A DNA stretch of 64,000 nucleotides from a bacterium. GTDB taxonomy: Bacteria > Bacteroidota > Ignavibacteria > Kapaibacteriales > Kapaibacteriaceae. Made by a program: the position numbers and the translations under genes. The notes below the pieces were generated by a model. The model did no database searches and was not told the origin of the DNA. It was given only the letters and a program-made list of their open reading frames with translations. Shown here one piece after another: positions 51,224 to 60,789 of the stretch (its first letter is position 1; the number at the start of each line of letters is the position of its first letter). The DNA lies in contig JAWXBR010000009.1 in the NCBI GenBank assembly GCA_034440235.1, positions 88,440 through 152,439 on the forward strand, read 5' to 3'.

Positions 51224-52657
51224 TTAGCGCATGATGTTCAATATCGTTGACCGAGTCTCGACGGCGGCTGACACCGTCACGATATACATGCCAATAGGCA
51301 GATTCTCCAAGGGCACATCGATCGTGTTGCCCTTGGAGGCCGCAGCGACGCGCTGCTGCACACCGTGCATCGATGTAATGGAAATCGATGTCACACCTTC
51401 GGGCAAAGAAATATGTACGAAGTTGTCCGCGGGGTTCGGCCAGGCGTGAAGCTCAGCGTTGTAACCGTTCGCAACGAGCCCCCTGGCGTCGTCCTTGCCG
51501 TCACGTGTAACATCTTCGACAGATGAAATTACCTGATGTGGTATGAGTGCAGCGTCTACGACGAAGCCCGAAAGGATGCGTGATTGTGCGTCGTATGTGA
51601 CTACGTAGTTGCGTTGCACGTCGCTGTAGATGGTGTCGATGTGGCCCGAAGTCGGTACGCACTGTGCAGCGACGCTGTCAGTAACTAAACTTACAATGCT
51701 GACATTTGATGAGTCTGACTTACAGGCAAGGGCATACGTCCAATCGGAAAATGGGGCATGCCAGTACCAGCCTTCGGGCAGTGCACGTAGGAATCGGATT
51801 GAGTCTGCGCTAAACCACTTGGGCTCGGGGTACAATCGATACAAGCCCCCTGTTGCAATGAGGATGTTGTCGACGTCATCGAGCCATGCTTGTCGTTGCT
51901 TCTTTAAGTAGATATAGCGGGCGTTGATGCCGCTACTGAAGGACAGGTGATCCCAAGAATCGACGACTTTCCAATTGGGCGTCATCGGGTTTTCAATGGT
52001 TACACCACTATCGTTCCCACCGAACAACCTGCCGGATCTTGAAATACCTACACGGCCAAAGGCGCAGTGATTGAAACCTGGTTTAAGGCTGTCGGAGAGT
52101 CCGGGCACAATCATATAATTAGCTTGATCGGTCTCTTGCGACCAGTGATGCACTCCACCCGCTTCGTAGAGGTAGGCCATATTGGCGACAGAGGATGAAA
52201 AAACTGCCCAACCATATGGTTCTAGTTCCATCACTCCAAAGTTCAGCGTGGCGTCTTCTGTTGCAGCCGAATCGTCGGAGAATCTGCTGTGCGAAAAATT
52301 TATCGACTCAACGATGATCGCCGTCCACCGAATGCCAGTTCTTGTCGAATCCACGAGAATGATATCGCCCTGTCGTTGTCTCTTTGCCACAACCTCACCT
52401 GTCAAGACCTCATAGAACGTGACGGAATCCAGTGATTGAACTGATATGAGTCCCGCAGATGCGTGGTGCTGAATATTTCGAATGCTGTCCACCTGGCGCT
52501 CCCACACGGGTGTAAGTCGCACACCTTGTGCCTCGGCAGTGCAGGCAAAACCCACGCAAACAAGAAGTAGTAAGAATAGTCGCAAAAGAGCTCCGCGAAG
52601 GGAAGTTGTCCGTACAAGTATTGAGCGGCAACCTAACTGATGTCTGTCCAATAGCAT
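51224..52657 (-). CDS. Secreted protein with T9SS type-A C-terminal sorting domain
   Basis: N-terminal signal peptide (LLRLFLLLLVCVGFACTAEAQ). The C-terminus ...AWPNPADNFVHISL...MYIVTVSA...ILNIMR resembles a Por secretion tail. Confidence 0.65.
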   Translation of the reverse strand: MLLDRHQLGCRSILVRTTSLRGALLRLFLLLLVCVGFACTAEAQGVRLTPVWERQVDSIRNIQHHASAGLISVQSLDSVTFYEVLTGEVVAKRQRQGDIILVDSTRTGIRWTAIIVESINFSHSRFSDDSAATEDATLNFGVMELEPYGWAVFSSSVANMAYLYEAGGVHHWSQETDQANYMIVPGLSDSLKPGFNHCAFGRVGISRSGRLFGGNDSGVTIENPMTPNWKVVDSWDHLSFSSGINARYIYLKKQRQAWLDDVDNILIATGGLYRLYPEPKWFSADSIRFLRALPEGWYWHAPFSDWTYALACKSDSSNVSIVSLVTDSVAAQCVPTSGHIDTIYSDVQRNYVVTYDAQSRILSGFVVDAALIPHQVISSVEDVTRDGKDDARGLVANGYNAELHAWPNPADNFVHISLPEGVTSISITSMHGVQQRVAAASKGNTIDVPLENLPIGMYIVTVSAAVETRSTILNIMR

Positions 52658-52729
52658 CTATACAGAATCTTACACGCGGCGATGGAGCGGCTTGTAAAAA
52701 AAGCAGCAGGTGTGCAATGCACACAGGTG

Positions 52730-54007
52730 TTAAGGCGAATTGAAAACTCTCAACGCTTCTTCTGCAACGTGAAACGACCCGCAGATGAGCGTCGGTCCCT
52801 GAGCCATCGCAGCCAGAGTAGCTTCTCCGATTGTCGAATAAGCAACAATGTTGTCGAAGCCAATATGCTCTGCTATCGAGTCGAGTGTAACAGTGGGCAA
52901 TGCTCGTTCTACGACTGGTGCGGAGATGTGCAGCTTGTGTGTAATGGGCTTGAGTGCGCGCAACATGGCTGAGGCATCTTTGTCTGCCATGACACCAAAG
53001 ACAACGTTCCATGTGTTGTCTGCGTAGCCGCATGCACGTAATGTGTTTGCGAGGGCCTCGATGCCTGCGGGGTTGTGCGCAACATCAAGGACGACGGGTG
53101 GTTCGGCGCGAAGCAGCTCGATGCGTCCCAAAAAACCGGTTGACTGACGCACATTGCGGAGCCCCGCGCGAATGTTGCCTTCGTCGATAAAGTAAACTTC
53201 TTGAAGAATAGGAATGGTTGCAAGCACGGTAGCGATGTTTCCTGCCTGATGTGCACCACACAGATCGGTAGTGTAATATGACCTGAACGTCTGGTCGATT
53301 ACACTTACCGTCATCGTGAAATCGGGGTGACATTTATCGACCTCGACATGAAGGTCGTCGTGCGCGTAGACGTTGTAGGTGTGCAGGCGCTGTGCGACGT
53401 CGTCGAAGACTGGACGTAATTCGGCAAGGGTCTCTCCGATAATGCAGGGGGCAGCCCCCTTAATAATCCCTGCCTTTTCCTTTGCGATCGATTCGAGCGT
53501 GGTGCCGAGGTATTCGGTGTGGTCGATGTCGATGCTGGTAATGACGGACACCATGGGCTGCACGACGTTTGTTGCGTCGAGTCTTCCGCCGAGTCCGGTT
53601 TCGATAATTGCAATGTCGACGCGTTCTTCTGCGAACCACTGAAATGCAAGCGCTGTTGTGACTTCGAAGAACGTGCCGCCGATTGCTTTTGCTGCGTCGA
53701 TTAACGGACGTGCCAGTCGTGCTAAGTCCGCGTCGGAAATCTGCTTGCCATTAATGCTAATGCGTTCGTTAAAGACGCGAACGTGTGGCGAAGTATATAA
53801 GCCAACTTTATAATCGGCGGCTTGCAGAACAGATGCAAACATTGCACTTGTACTGCCTTTGCCGTTTGTGCCCGCGACGTGCACTATGGGGTAGCGGTTC
53901 TGCGGATTGTCCAGTCCGTCGCAAAGTTTTTCAATGCGATCGAGTCCGGGCTTGATGCCAATAACCGTCATCGCAAACAATTCGTCGAGCAGCGGTTGTA
54001 ATTCCAT
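52730..54007 (-). CDS. folC: Bifunctional folylpolyglutamate synthase / dihydrofolate synthase
   Basis: Mur-ligase P-loop HVAGTNGKGST and downstream FolC-type blocks. Start set at the internal ATG (MELQPLLDE) to leave room for the rpsA terminator. Confidence 0.85.
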   Translation of the reverse strand: MELQPLLDELFAMTVIGIKPGLDRIEKLCDGLDNPQNRYPIVHVAGTNGKGSTSAMFASVLQAADYKVGLYTSPHVRVFNERISINGKQISDADLARLARPLIDAAKAIGGTFFEVTTALAFQWFAEERVDIAIIETGLGGRLDATNVVQPMVSVITSIDIDHTEYLGTTLESIAKEKAGIIKGAAPCIIGETLAELRPVFDDVAQRLHTYNVYAHDDLHVEVDKCHPDFTMTVSVIDQTFRSYYTTDLCGAHQAGNIATVLATIPILQEVYFIDEGNIRAGLRNVRQSTGFLGRIELLRAEPPVVLDVAHNPAGIEALANTLRACGYADNTWNVVFGVMADKDASAMLRALKPITHKLHISAPVVERALPTVTLDSIAEHIGFDNIVAYSTIGEATLAAMAQGPTLICGSFHVAEEALRVFNSP

Positions 54008-54009
54008 GG

Positions 54010-54046
54010 GGCCAAAATAAAAAACCCCGCCATTGCTGACGGGGTT
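54010..54046 (-). terminator. Rho-independent terminator downstream of rpsA
   Basis: Minus strand: CCCCG-tcagcaatgg-CGGGG followed by TTTTTTATTTT. Located between the rpsA stop (54073) and the folC start (54007). Confidence 0.55.
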
Positions 54047-54072
54047 TGTTAAAGACAAATGTCAGAAAGCTG

Positions 54073-56322
54073 TTACGCTTTTTCTTCTTCGTTCGCTTCC
54101 GGAGGTGCTGCATCGCCCGCAGGCTCTGCAGGTGCTTCGGCTGGAGTCTCTGCCGCAGGTTCTGTGGTTTCAACCGCTTCGGAAGTTGCAGCAACTGGCT
54201 CTTCGGCAGCAGGCGCTTCAGCTACAGGTGCTTCAACTTCTGCTACTGGTGCTTCGGCTTCTGCTACTGGCGCTTCGGCTTCTGCCACTGGTGCTTCGGC
54301 TTCGGCAGCAGGCGCTTCGGCTTCGGCAGCTGGCGCTTCGGCTTCGGCAGCTGGTGCTTCTGCGATTGGGTCTGGAGTAATGGCAGGGAAGTATTCGTTT
54401 GTTGTGTCGTACGGTTCTGAGTCTTCGAGGTCTTCGATGCTCGTTAGCGAAGATGCAGATCCGTCGGCGTTGTATTTGTCTGCGTTCGGAACAGGGTGGT
54501 TGACGTTGTACTTGGCAACTTCTTCGTCCGACTGTGTACGGAGGAATTCTACTGCCGAGAGAACGATCTTCTTTTGTTCTTTGTCAAACTCTACAACCTT
54601 GAGCGGAAGTACTTGATCTGGTACGAAGTAGTCGGCGATAACGCGAACAGGGGCGAAGGAGAGTTGTGACACGGGGACGAAGCCGTCGACGCCTTGTGGC
54701 AGTTCGACGATAACACCCTTATCGATAATGCGAACAATCTTGCCTTCTGTTTCTGTGCCTACACCGAATTCTGTTTCGAAGATGTCCCATGGGTTCTCAG
54801 AGATCTGCTTGTGTCCGAGCGAAATACGACGATGCTCGTTGTCTACCGCAAGCACGATTACCGGAAGCTCATCACCCTTCTTCACGAATTCACCTGGATG
54901 ACGAATCTTCTTTGTCCACGACAGATCGCTGATGTGTACGAGGCCATCAACACCAGGCTCGAGTTCAACAAACACACCAAAGTTGGTGAGGTTGCGAACG
55001 ATACCCTTGTGTACAGAATCCATTGGGTACTTGGCCATCAGATCGTTCCATGGGTCTGGCTCGAGTTGCTTCATGCCAAGAGCGAGCTTGCGTTCGTTCT
55101 TATCGATGTTTAATACTGTTGCTTCGACAACCTGTCCGAGCGACACCACTTGTGATGGGTGCTTTACGTGTTGTGTCCATGACATTTCGCTGATGTGAAT
55201 CAAACCTTCTACGCCCTTTTCTATTTCGATGAAAGCGCCGTAGTCGGTAAGCGAAACAACCTTGCCCTTAACCTTCGAGTTGGTTTCGTACTTCTCGCCA
55301 ATCTGATCCCACGGATGCGAGGTCAGTTGTTTCATACCGAGCGAAATGCGCTTGCGGTTTTCATCGAAGTCGAGAACAACAACCTTGACCTGCTGATCGA
55401 GCTGAACGATTTCACTTGGATGTGTAACACGTCCCCATGAAAGGTCAGTGATGTGCACGAGTCCATCAACACCACCTAGGTCTACGAACACGCCGAAGTC
55501 AGAGATAGCCTTAACGGTACCTTCAAGAACGAGTCCCTTTTCAAGGAGTCCGAGAATCTTGCCGCGTTGTTCGGTGAGTTGTTCTTCGAGAAGAACCTTG
55601 TGGCTGACGACAACATTTTCGCTTGGGTGATTAACCTTCACGACACGGACGTCGATTGTACGAGTAACCCATGCATCGAAATCGCGAACCGGACGCACAT
55701 CGATTTGTGAGCCTGGAAGGAATGCTTCGATACCGAGAAGATCAACAACCATACCGCCCTTAATGCGGCGAAGGATGCGAACAGGCACGACCTGTTGTGT
55801 GTCGTGCAACTTGAGAATGTCTTCCCAAGTTTTCATGAAGTCGGCACGACGGCGGCTGAGAATTAGGCGGCCTTCTGCGTCTTCAATTTTTTCGATGAAT
55901 ACATCGACCTGATCGCCGATGGTAAGCAACTCAGCGCCGACAAATTCTGCGCGAGGAACAACACCAAGGCTCTTAAAACCAATGTCTACTAAGATTTCGT
56001 CCTTTGTAACGGATACCACTTTACCGTGGACCATTTCATCGGCCTTGACCTTCGAGGTGTCTTTCGCATCGAACAACGCTTTGTAGGCGTCGTCGTCCAT
56101 CGTAACGCCATTATCCATGTCGCCCGCCAAAAGCGCAGCGAGTCCGGAGCGTTTACGAGCTACAGGTTTATCCTGATTTGATGCTGCCGAAACTGCCTCC
56201 ATAGTGACATCTTCTGTCACTACAGCCGTTGTTTCGTCTTGCGTGTCTACTGTTAGCTGATCCGACATGTATAGATCTACTCCATAATCACCGTAATGCG
56301 ATGCGCGGCCCTCCGCATCCAC
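54073..56322 (-). CDS. rpsA: 30S ribosomal protein S1 with Ala/Glu/Pro-rich repetitive C-terminal extension (start uncertain; possibly about 56100-56118)
   Basis: Multiple S1 domains (GKVVSV..., VVDLLGIEAFLPGSQID, ...GLVHISDLSW...). C-terminal (AEAPAAE/AEAPVAE)n tail from DNA tandem repeats at about 54228-54362. Confidence 0.85.
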   Translation of the reverse strand: MDAEGRASHYGDYGVDLYMSDQLTVDTQDETTAVVTEDVTMEAVSAASNQDKPVARKRSGLAALLAGDMDNGVTMDDDAYKALFDAKDTSKVKADEMVHGKVVSVTKDEILVDIGFKSLGVVPRAEFVGAELLTIGDQVDVFIEKIEDAEGRLILSRRRADFMKTWEDILKLHDTQQVVPVRILRRIKGGMVVDLLGIEAFLPGSQIDVRPVRDFDAWVTRTIDVRVVKVNHPSENVVVSHKVLLEEQLTEQRGKILGLLEKGLVLEGTVKAISDFGVFVDLGGVDGLVHITDLSWGRVTHPSEIVQLDQQVKVVVLDFDENRKRISLGMKQLTSHPWDQIGEKYETNSKVKGKVVSLTDYGAFIEIEKGVEGLIHISEMSWTQHVKHPSQVVSLGQVVEATVLNIDKNERKLALGMKQLEPDPWNDLMAKYPMDSVHKGIVRNLTNFGVFVELEPGVDGLVHISDLSWTKKIRHPGEFVKKGDELPVIVLAVDNEHRRISLGHKQISENPWDIFETEFGVGTETEGKIVRIIDKGVIVELPQGVDGFVPVSQLSFAPVRVIADYFVPDQVLPLKVVEFDKEQKKIVLSAVEFLRTQSDEEVAKYNVNHPVPNADKYNADGSASSLTSIEDLEDSEPYDTTNEYFPAITPDPIAEAPAAEAEAPAAEAEAPAAEAEAPVAEAEAPVAEAEAPVAEVEAPVAEAPAAEEPVAATSEAVETTEPAAETPAEAPAEPAGDAAPPEANEEEKA

Positions 56323-56557
56323 AACGATTCATTCAATAATTGAACAAGTGTAGGGCCCGAAAATCGGGATGCAAAGATACGGAGATCGGGACTTTATCGC
56401 ACGTTTTGGGGTCAGGGGTCTGGAAAGGGGCAAAAGGGTCTCGCCGGCCCGGAGAGCTCCTCAGTCTACAATTGCTGGTCAGAGCGCAATAAATCCCAGG
56501 GAACAGTCGTTGTGCATAAACGTGGTACGCCGCTTGATGTAACTCTAATACACTGTT

Positions 56558-56821
56558 TTGTGTTCTGCATACATGGACTATTTCGACGCATTTGACGAGG
56601 TGTTCGCATCAATAGACACCTATTATCGTGACCACGGCCACTCGCCGCACGATATAGCTGTGTCGCCCTCGCTTTATGCCTGGTTCGCCGAACTCCAACG
56701 CGAATCGGCCATGCTCGCCGGAATCGAGATGAGCTACCCCGTAATCATCGAAACGCCATACGGTCCCGTCGGCCTAATCATCGACGAACGCCTCTCCCCA
56801 TACGACGTCGTACCTGTCTAA
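56558..56821 (+). CDS. Small hypothetical protein
   Basis: 87-aa ORF with no motif. Followed by a putative terminator. Confidence 0.3.
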   Translation: MCSAYMDYFDAFDEVFASIDTYYRDHGHSPHDIAVSPSLYAWFAELQRESAMLAGIEMSYPVIIETPYGPVGLIIDERLSPYDVVPV

Positions 56822-56893
56822 CAAAACGGGCTAAGAAACCAGCCAAGCAAACCTGACAAACAGACCTGACACGTCATAACTCGCAGATTTTAT

Positions 56894-56933
56894 AGAAGGG
56901 GCTCCATAAGGGGCCCCCTTCTCATTTCTGCTT
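56894..56933 (+). terminator. Putative rho-independent terminator
   Basis: AGAAGGGGC-tccataa-GGGGCCCCCTTCT hairpin followed by CATTTCTGCTTT. Confidence 0.4.
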
Positions 56934-56970
56934 TACCGCACGAACCCAGCCTTCGTATTTTCGTAAATAC

Positions 56971-57047
56971 GCGCCCGTAGCTCAACTGGATAGAGCAACA
57001 GCCTTCTAAGCTGTAGGTCGCTGGTTCGAGTCCAGCCGGGCGTACCA
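56971..57047 (+). tRNA. tRNA-Arg (anticodon TCT)
   Basis: Hand-folded cloverleaf. Acceptor GCGCCCG/CGGGCGU. D-arm GCUC-AACUGGAUA-GAGC. Anticodon stem ACAGC/GCUGU with loop CUUCUAA. T-arm GCUGG-UUCGAGU-CCAGC. Encoded CCA. Confidence 0.85.
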
Positions 57048-57227
57048 AGGCCACTCTATGTTTTGGGGTGGCTTTTTGCGTTGTTGTGTGTGGATGTGTG
57101 TTTGTCGCACAGCTACTGCGTCGTCGCATGTCTCGCGTTGGAAAAGGGGATTGGCGTTTGGGTCGGTTGCAGTCTTAATAGGGACAAGAGTGCCACTACT
57201 ATTCCCACTACCTATTAGGAGTCGACT

Positions 57228-58616
57228 ATGCCAAAGCGCAAGTCCATGTCCGAGACCATTGGAGCAGGTCCAACGGCCCTCCACGTTTCCTTCACTTTCA
57301 TAACCAAGAATGCCAGTGCTAAACATGGCACCTATATGTGCACTGTCACATGTGAACGTTGGCAGTCGATTCTTCCGAAAGGCCGCTTGCGTCGATCCAC
57401 GGGCATCTCTGCCGAGACAAAACATGTTCATCCAGCCACACATAGAATACTTGAGAAAGCGATCTATGCTTCGGAGGTACGTTCAGCTATCGCCTCCGTA
57501 CGCCAACGCATCCAAGACATCGCCAGCAATCACAGGATCAACCCAGGGGACCCCAACGATGCTCCCTCAATGGAAAAGGTAAGCGAGGCAATACGGACGT
57601 CTGGTGTTGACATAAGCGATGACAACATGCTGATCACGAGAACTATATCGAGGCGTGGTGCACGAGGTGCTGAGTACGGTGGGTTGATGGGTAGGTACCT
57701 GAGCGAATATGTTGCGAGAGACGGCAGGAAATTCGCAGACTCGAAAACCATGAAGGGGAATACATGTACCATGGCCTTGCATCTGTATCAGTTTTCGGCG
57801 GATTGCTTTGGTGGAAAGTTGACACTGAACGACCTCACAATCCCGACAAAAGCACAGGTAGTTGTAAGGACATTTAAGAAATATCTAGCTGAAACCTGCG
57901 ATCTCTTAGATCCTACAATTGAGAATATCTTGAAGAGACTAAGGACGTTTCTTGCTTGGACTGAAAGAGAAGGACTGGTCTGGAAACTTGACCTTACCCC
58001 ATATCGGTTCTCAGTGAAACGGCAGCCTAAAGTGACGCTCACGATTGAAGAACTTGGAAAGGTTATTACTTACAAATTTGGTCCGGATCAAGAACGCTAC
58101 GAACGCGCACGTGATTTATGGCTACTCCAGTGCTTTACGGCACTTCGGTACAGTGATGTTGCGCAGATGAGCATACCCGACATACGACAAAAGATGTTCT
58201 CAGTTGCAACACAGAAAACGAAAGTCCTCGCCAACATCCCTGTGTTCGACATCATGAAAGATTTGGTAGAGAAGTATCCTGATAGGCTCCCGACGATGTC
58301 GAACCAAGAATGTAATCGCACAATCAAGTTGGCATTCGAAGTGATTGGTATTACACGGGAAGTCGTGGTGCCGTACACACAAGGCGGGAAGGAAATGATG
58401 CGCACGTCAAGAGTATGCGACGAAATCGCAACACACAGTGCGAGACGTCAATTCGTATCAATGGCCCAACAGTTTTCCGTGCCAAGATCTATGATTCAGG
58501 TAGTTACGGGGCATCGCAATATCGAAGAGCTTCTAACATACACGCATCATCCTGGCGAGGAGATTTCCGAATCGTTCGAACGCATGAACGCCGCGCTCCC
58601 TCGGATGTCTAAATGA
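57228..58616 (+). CDS. Tyrosine-type site-specific integrase
   Basis: C-terminal catalytic region ...HSARRQF...VTGHRNIEELLTYTHH (R...H-R-Y). Lies 180 bp downstream of the tRNA-Arg 3' end. Confidence 0.8.
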   Translation: MPKRKSMSETIGAGPTALHVSFTFITKNASAKHGTYMCTVTCERWQSILPKGRLRRSTGISAETKHVHPATHRILEKAIYASEVRSAIASVRQRIQDIASNHRINPGDPNDAPSMEKVSEAIRTSGVDISDDNMLITRTISRRGARGAEYGGLMGRYLSEYVARDGRKFADSKTMKGNTCTMALHLYQFSADCFGGKLTLNDLTIPTKAQVVVRTFKKYLAETCDLLDPTIENILKRLRTFLAWTEREGLVWKLDLTPYRFSVKRQPKVTLTIEELGKVITYKFGPDQERYERARDLWLLQCFTALRYSDVAQMSIPDIRQKMFSVATQKTKVLANIPVFDIMKDLVEKYPDRLPTMSNQECNRTIKLAFEVIGITREVVVPYTQGGKEMMRTSRVCDEIATHSARRQFVSMAQQFSVPRSMIQVVTGHRNIEELLTYTHHPGEEISESFERMNAALPRMSK

Positions 58617-59000
58617 TTGCCTTACTGTACGTATCCTTTCCGACATCACTTAACTCGATACCCCTTAAGGTGCGTTCCCGAGCCTTTAATAATTCACATC
58701 ATGTCGCTTGGATGCTACCTCGTCATTGCCTGCGCCATGCCAGGAAACGCTTTCTCCTTGAGCTTTTACGCTTCCCTGACACACGCACACAGCGCATGGG
58801 GATCCACGTCGATCTCTCGGGCAATACTGACCTTTGTTCGCGTGGGATTCTCTTCAACCAGTCGAACTGCTTCTCGCTTAAAGTCCCGTTCTACGGGGTG
58901 GCTCCTCTTCCTTCATGGTCGCCATCGGTTGGGATTACGTTTGCGGGATCCGTCACGCTTCAACCTTCTGTATTTTGTGAACTTACCTAAGGGACATACC

Positions 59001-60074
59001 ATGGCAAAGCGATCCGTGACTGAGGAACAGAAGGCAGCTGCGGAAGCACAAATCGACAAGAATCAAAAGGTCATTGATTATGATACGCGGGAGTATCCTG
59101 TGGAAGTCATCATCCAGAAGTATCTTAAGGACATTGAGAACGACAACAACGACTTCTTCATTCCCGATTACCAGCGTGAACATTCGTGGTCTGACGACCG
59201 ACAGTCGCGATTCATAGAATCCGTCTTGATGGGGTTGCCGATCCCGCTGCTATTTTTCGCCGACGTAGCAGGGCAGGAAGGTCGCGCGGAGATTGTCGAT
59301 GGCTCTCAAAGGGTTAGGACTCTGGCACGTTTTGTAAGCGGTGAACTGGAATTGACAGGGTTAGAGAGGCTAGACAAACTTAACGGGTTACGGTATCACG
59401 ATTTGTCCTTGACCCGGCAGCGTCGATTCGGCCGTCATACGCTTCGAATGATAGAATTGCGCGAGGGCGTCGACGAAGATGCCAGAAGGGACATCTTCAG
59501 TCGTATCAATACCGGGAGTCTAGTGCTAAATGATATGGAAGTGCGTTGGGGTACCGAGGATGGCCCATTTCTTCACTTCATTCGTGATTGCTCAAGGAAC
59601 CCACTATTCACGAATGCCGCTCCCTTGAGTCCAATGGCTGTAAAGCGTCGAGAACCACAGGAGTTCGTACTTCGCTTTTTCGCATATCTAAACAATTATA
59701 AAAAATTTGACCGGAGCGTGGTTGGATTCCTTAACGATTACTTGGATAGGGTGTCGAAACAATTTTCCGATGCTCAGAAGGTCGAGTTTGAAGAAGAGTG
59801 GTTGCAGATGCTGACCTTCGTGTCAGACCGTTTTCCATCCGGATTTGTGAAGGCAGACGGGCATGTCCGAACTCCACGAATTCGGTTTGAGGCTATATCG
59901 GTTGGAGTAGCACTTGCACTTCGAGAAAACCCCGAAACCATTCCTAATAATCTTGATTGGTTGAATTCAGAGACCTTCCTGTCACTGATGAGATCGGACG
60001 CAAGCAACTCACGGCCAAAGGTCATCAAGAGGATTGAATACGTTCGCGACAATGTGTTGGGGACGTACAAATGA
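59001..60074 (+). CDS. DUF262 (ParB/sulfiredoxin-like, GmrSD N-terminal-type) domain protein
   Basis: Start at the internal ATG (MAKRSV). DUF262 hallmarks: ...FFIPDYQREHSW... and ...EIVDGSQRVRTL. The stop overlaps the next ATG (ATGA). Confidence 0.7.
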   Translation: MAKRSVTEEQKAAAEAQIDKNQKVIDYDTREYPVEVIIQKYLKDIENDNNDFFIPDYQREHSWSDDRQSRFIESVLMGLPIPLLFFADVAGQEGRAEIVDGSQRVRTLARFVSGELELTGLERLDKLNGLRYHDLSLTRQRRFGRHTLRMIELREGVDEDARRDIFSRINTGSLVLNDMEVRWGTEDGPFLHFIRDCSRNPLFTNAAPLSPMAVKRREPQEFVLRFFAYLNNYKKFDRSVVGFLNDYLDRVSKQFSDAQKVEFEEEWLQMLTFVSDRFPSGFVKADGHVRTPRIRFEAISVGVALALRENPETIPNNLDWLNSETFLSLMRSDASNSRPKVIKRIEYVRDNVLGTYK

Positions 60075-60763
60075 ACGATGTACGTCAAGACTATGAAGAA
60101 CGCGTACAGGAAATACACGACTACCTTGCATTGATATACGAGTTGGAAATTGGGACTATCGACTTCATCATTCCTGCCAATGCCCAAAAGGCCTTTGACG
60201 ATAAACGTCGACGGAATCTACTGCGAACCTTCAAGGCAAGTACCTACCTGATGTTGTATAACCTGATGGAGTCTGCGGTTATCAGTGCCATTTGTGCGAT
60301 TTACGACGAAATGGAAACCCGAGGAGTCGATTTTGATGCTTGTAGATCAGAAATTCGAAAAATTGTACTTCAGAATTTGAAGAATCACCAACCTCAGACG
60401 ATAGTCGGTTCGCTGAACAAGGTCGCGTTGGACATCATAACCAAAACATATCAACGTTCCAAGATCGCATCGGGTAACGTCGACGCACAAAAAATCAGGG
60501 AAATCGCAACCGAGTATGGCATAAAACATCCTCGTGCTGATGGCTCCATGCTTGTGGCGGTCAAGAGGCAGAGACAAGACCTTGCTCATGGTGTCAAGTC
60601 CTTCGCGGACGTTGGTAGAGACACCACGGTCACAGAACTTGTAGAATTGACGAGACAGGTAACCGCCTACCTGACGCTGTTGATCGACAATGTGGCGGAG
60701 TACATCAACGACCAACAATATTTGTCGGTTAATGTCGCTAGTGCTTCCTTAACCGCAGTGTGA
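60071..60763 (+). CDS. HEPN-like putative RNase (recalled MAE_28990/MAE_18760-type partner of DUF262 proteins)
   Basis: 230-aa, alpha-helical-looking. Candidate HEPN Rx4H motif in ...KRQRQDLAHG... . Translationally coupled to the DUF262 gene. Confidence 0.5.
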   Translation: MNDVRQDYEERVQEIHDYLALIYELEIGTIDFIIPANAQKAFDDKRRRNLLRTFKASTYLMLYNLMESAVISAICAIYDEMETRGVDFDACRSEIRKIVLQNLKNHQPQTIVGSLNKVALDIITKTYQRSKIASGNVDAQKIREIATEYGIKHPRADGSMLVAVKRQRQDLAHGVKSFADVGRDTTVTELVELTRQVTAYLTLLIDNVAEYINDQQYLSVNVASASLTAV

Positions 60764-60789
60764 TGTCATCCACAGTCTGCTCAAGGTCA

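Noticed and set aside
52410-53033. 207-aa minus-strand ORF spanning the T9SS gene start and folC end
   Set aside because: Out of frame with both flanking well-supported genes. Arg/Cys-rich junk composition.
54059-54616. 185-aa Ala/Ser/Gly-rich ORF on the + strand
   Set aside because: Antisense shadow of the rpsA C-terminal (AEAPAAE)n tandem repeat. Low-complexity, no start context. rpsA on the opposite strand is clearly real.
58617-59000. N-terminal 128-aa extension of the DUF262 ORF in the six-frame track
   Set aside because: The extension is low-complexity and lacks DUF262 similarity. The conserved protein begins cleanly at the ATG at 59001 (MAKRSV...).
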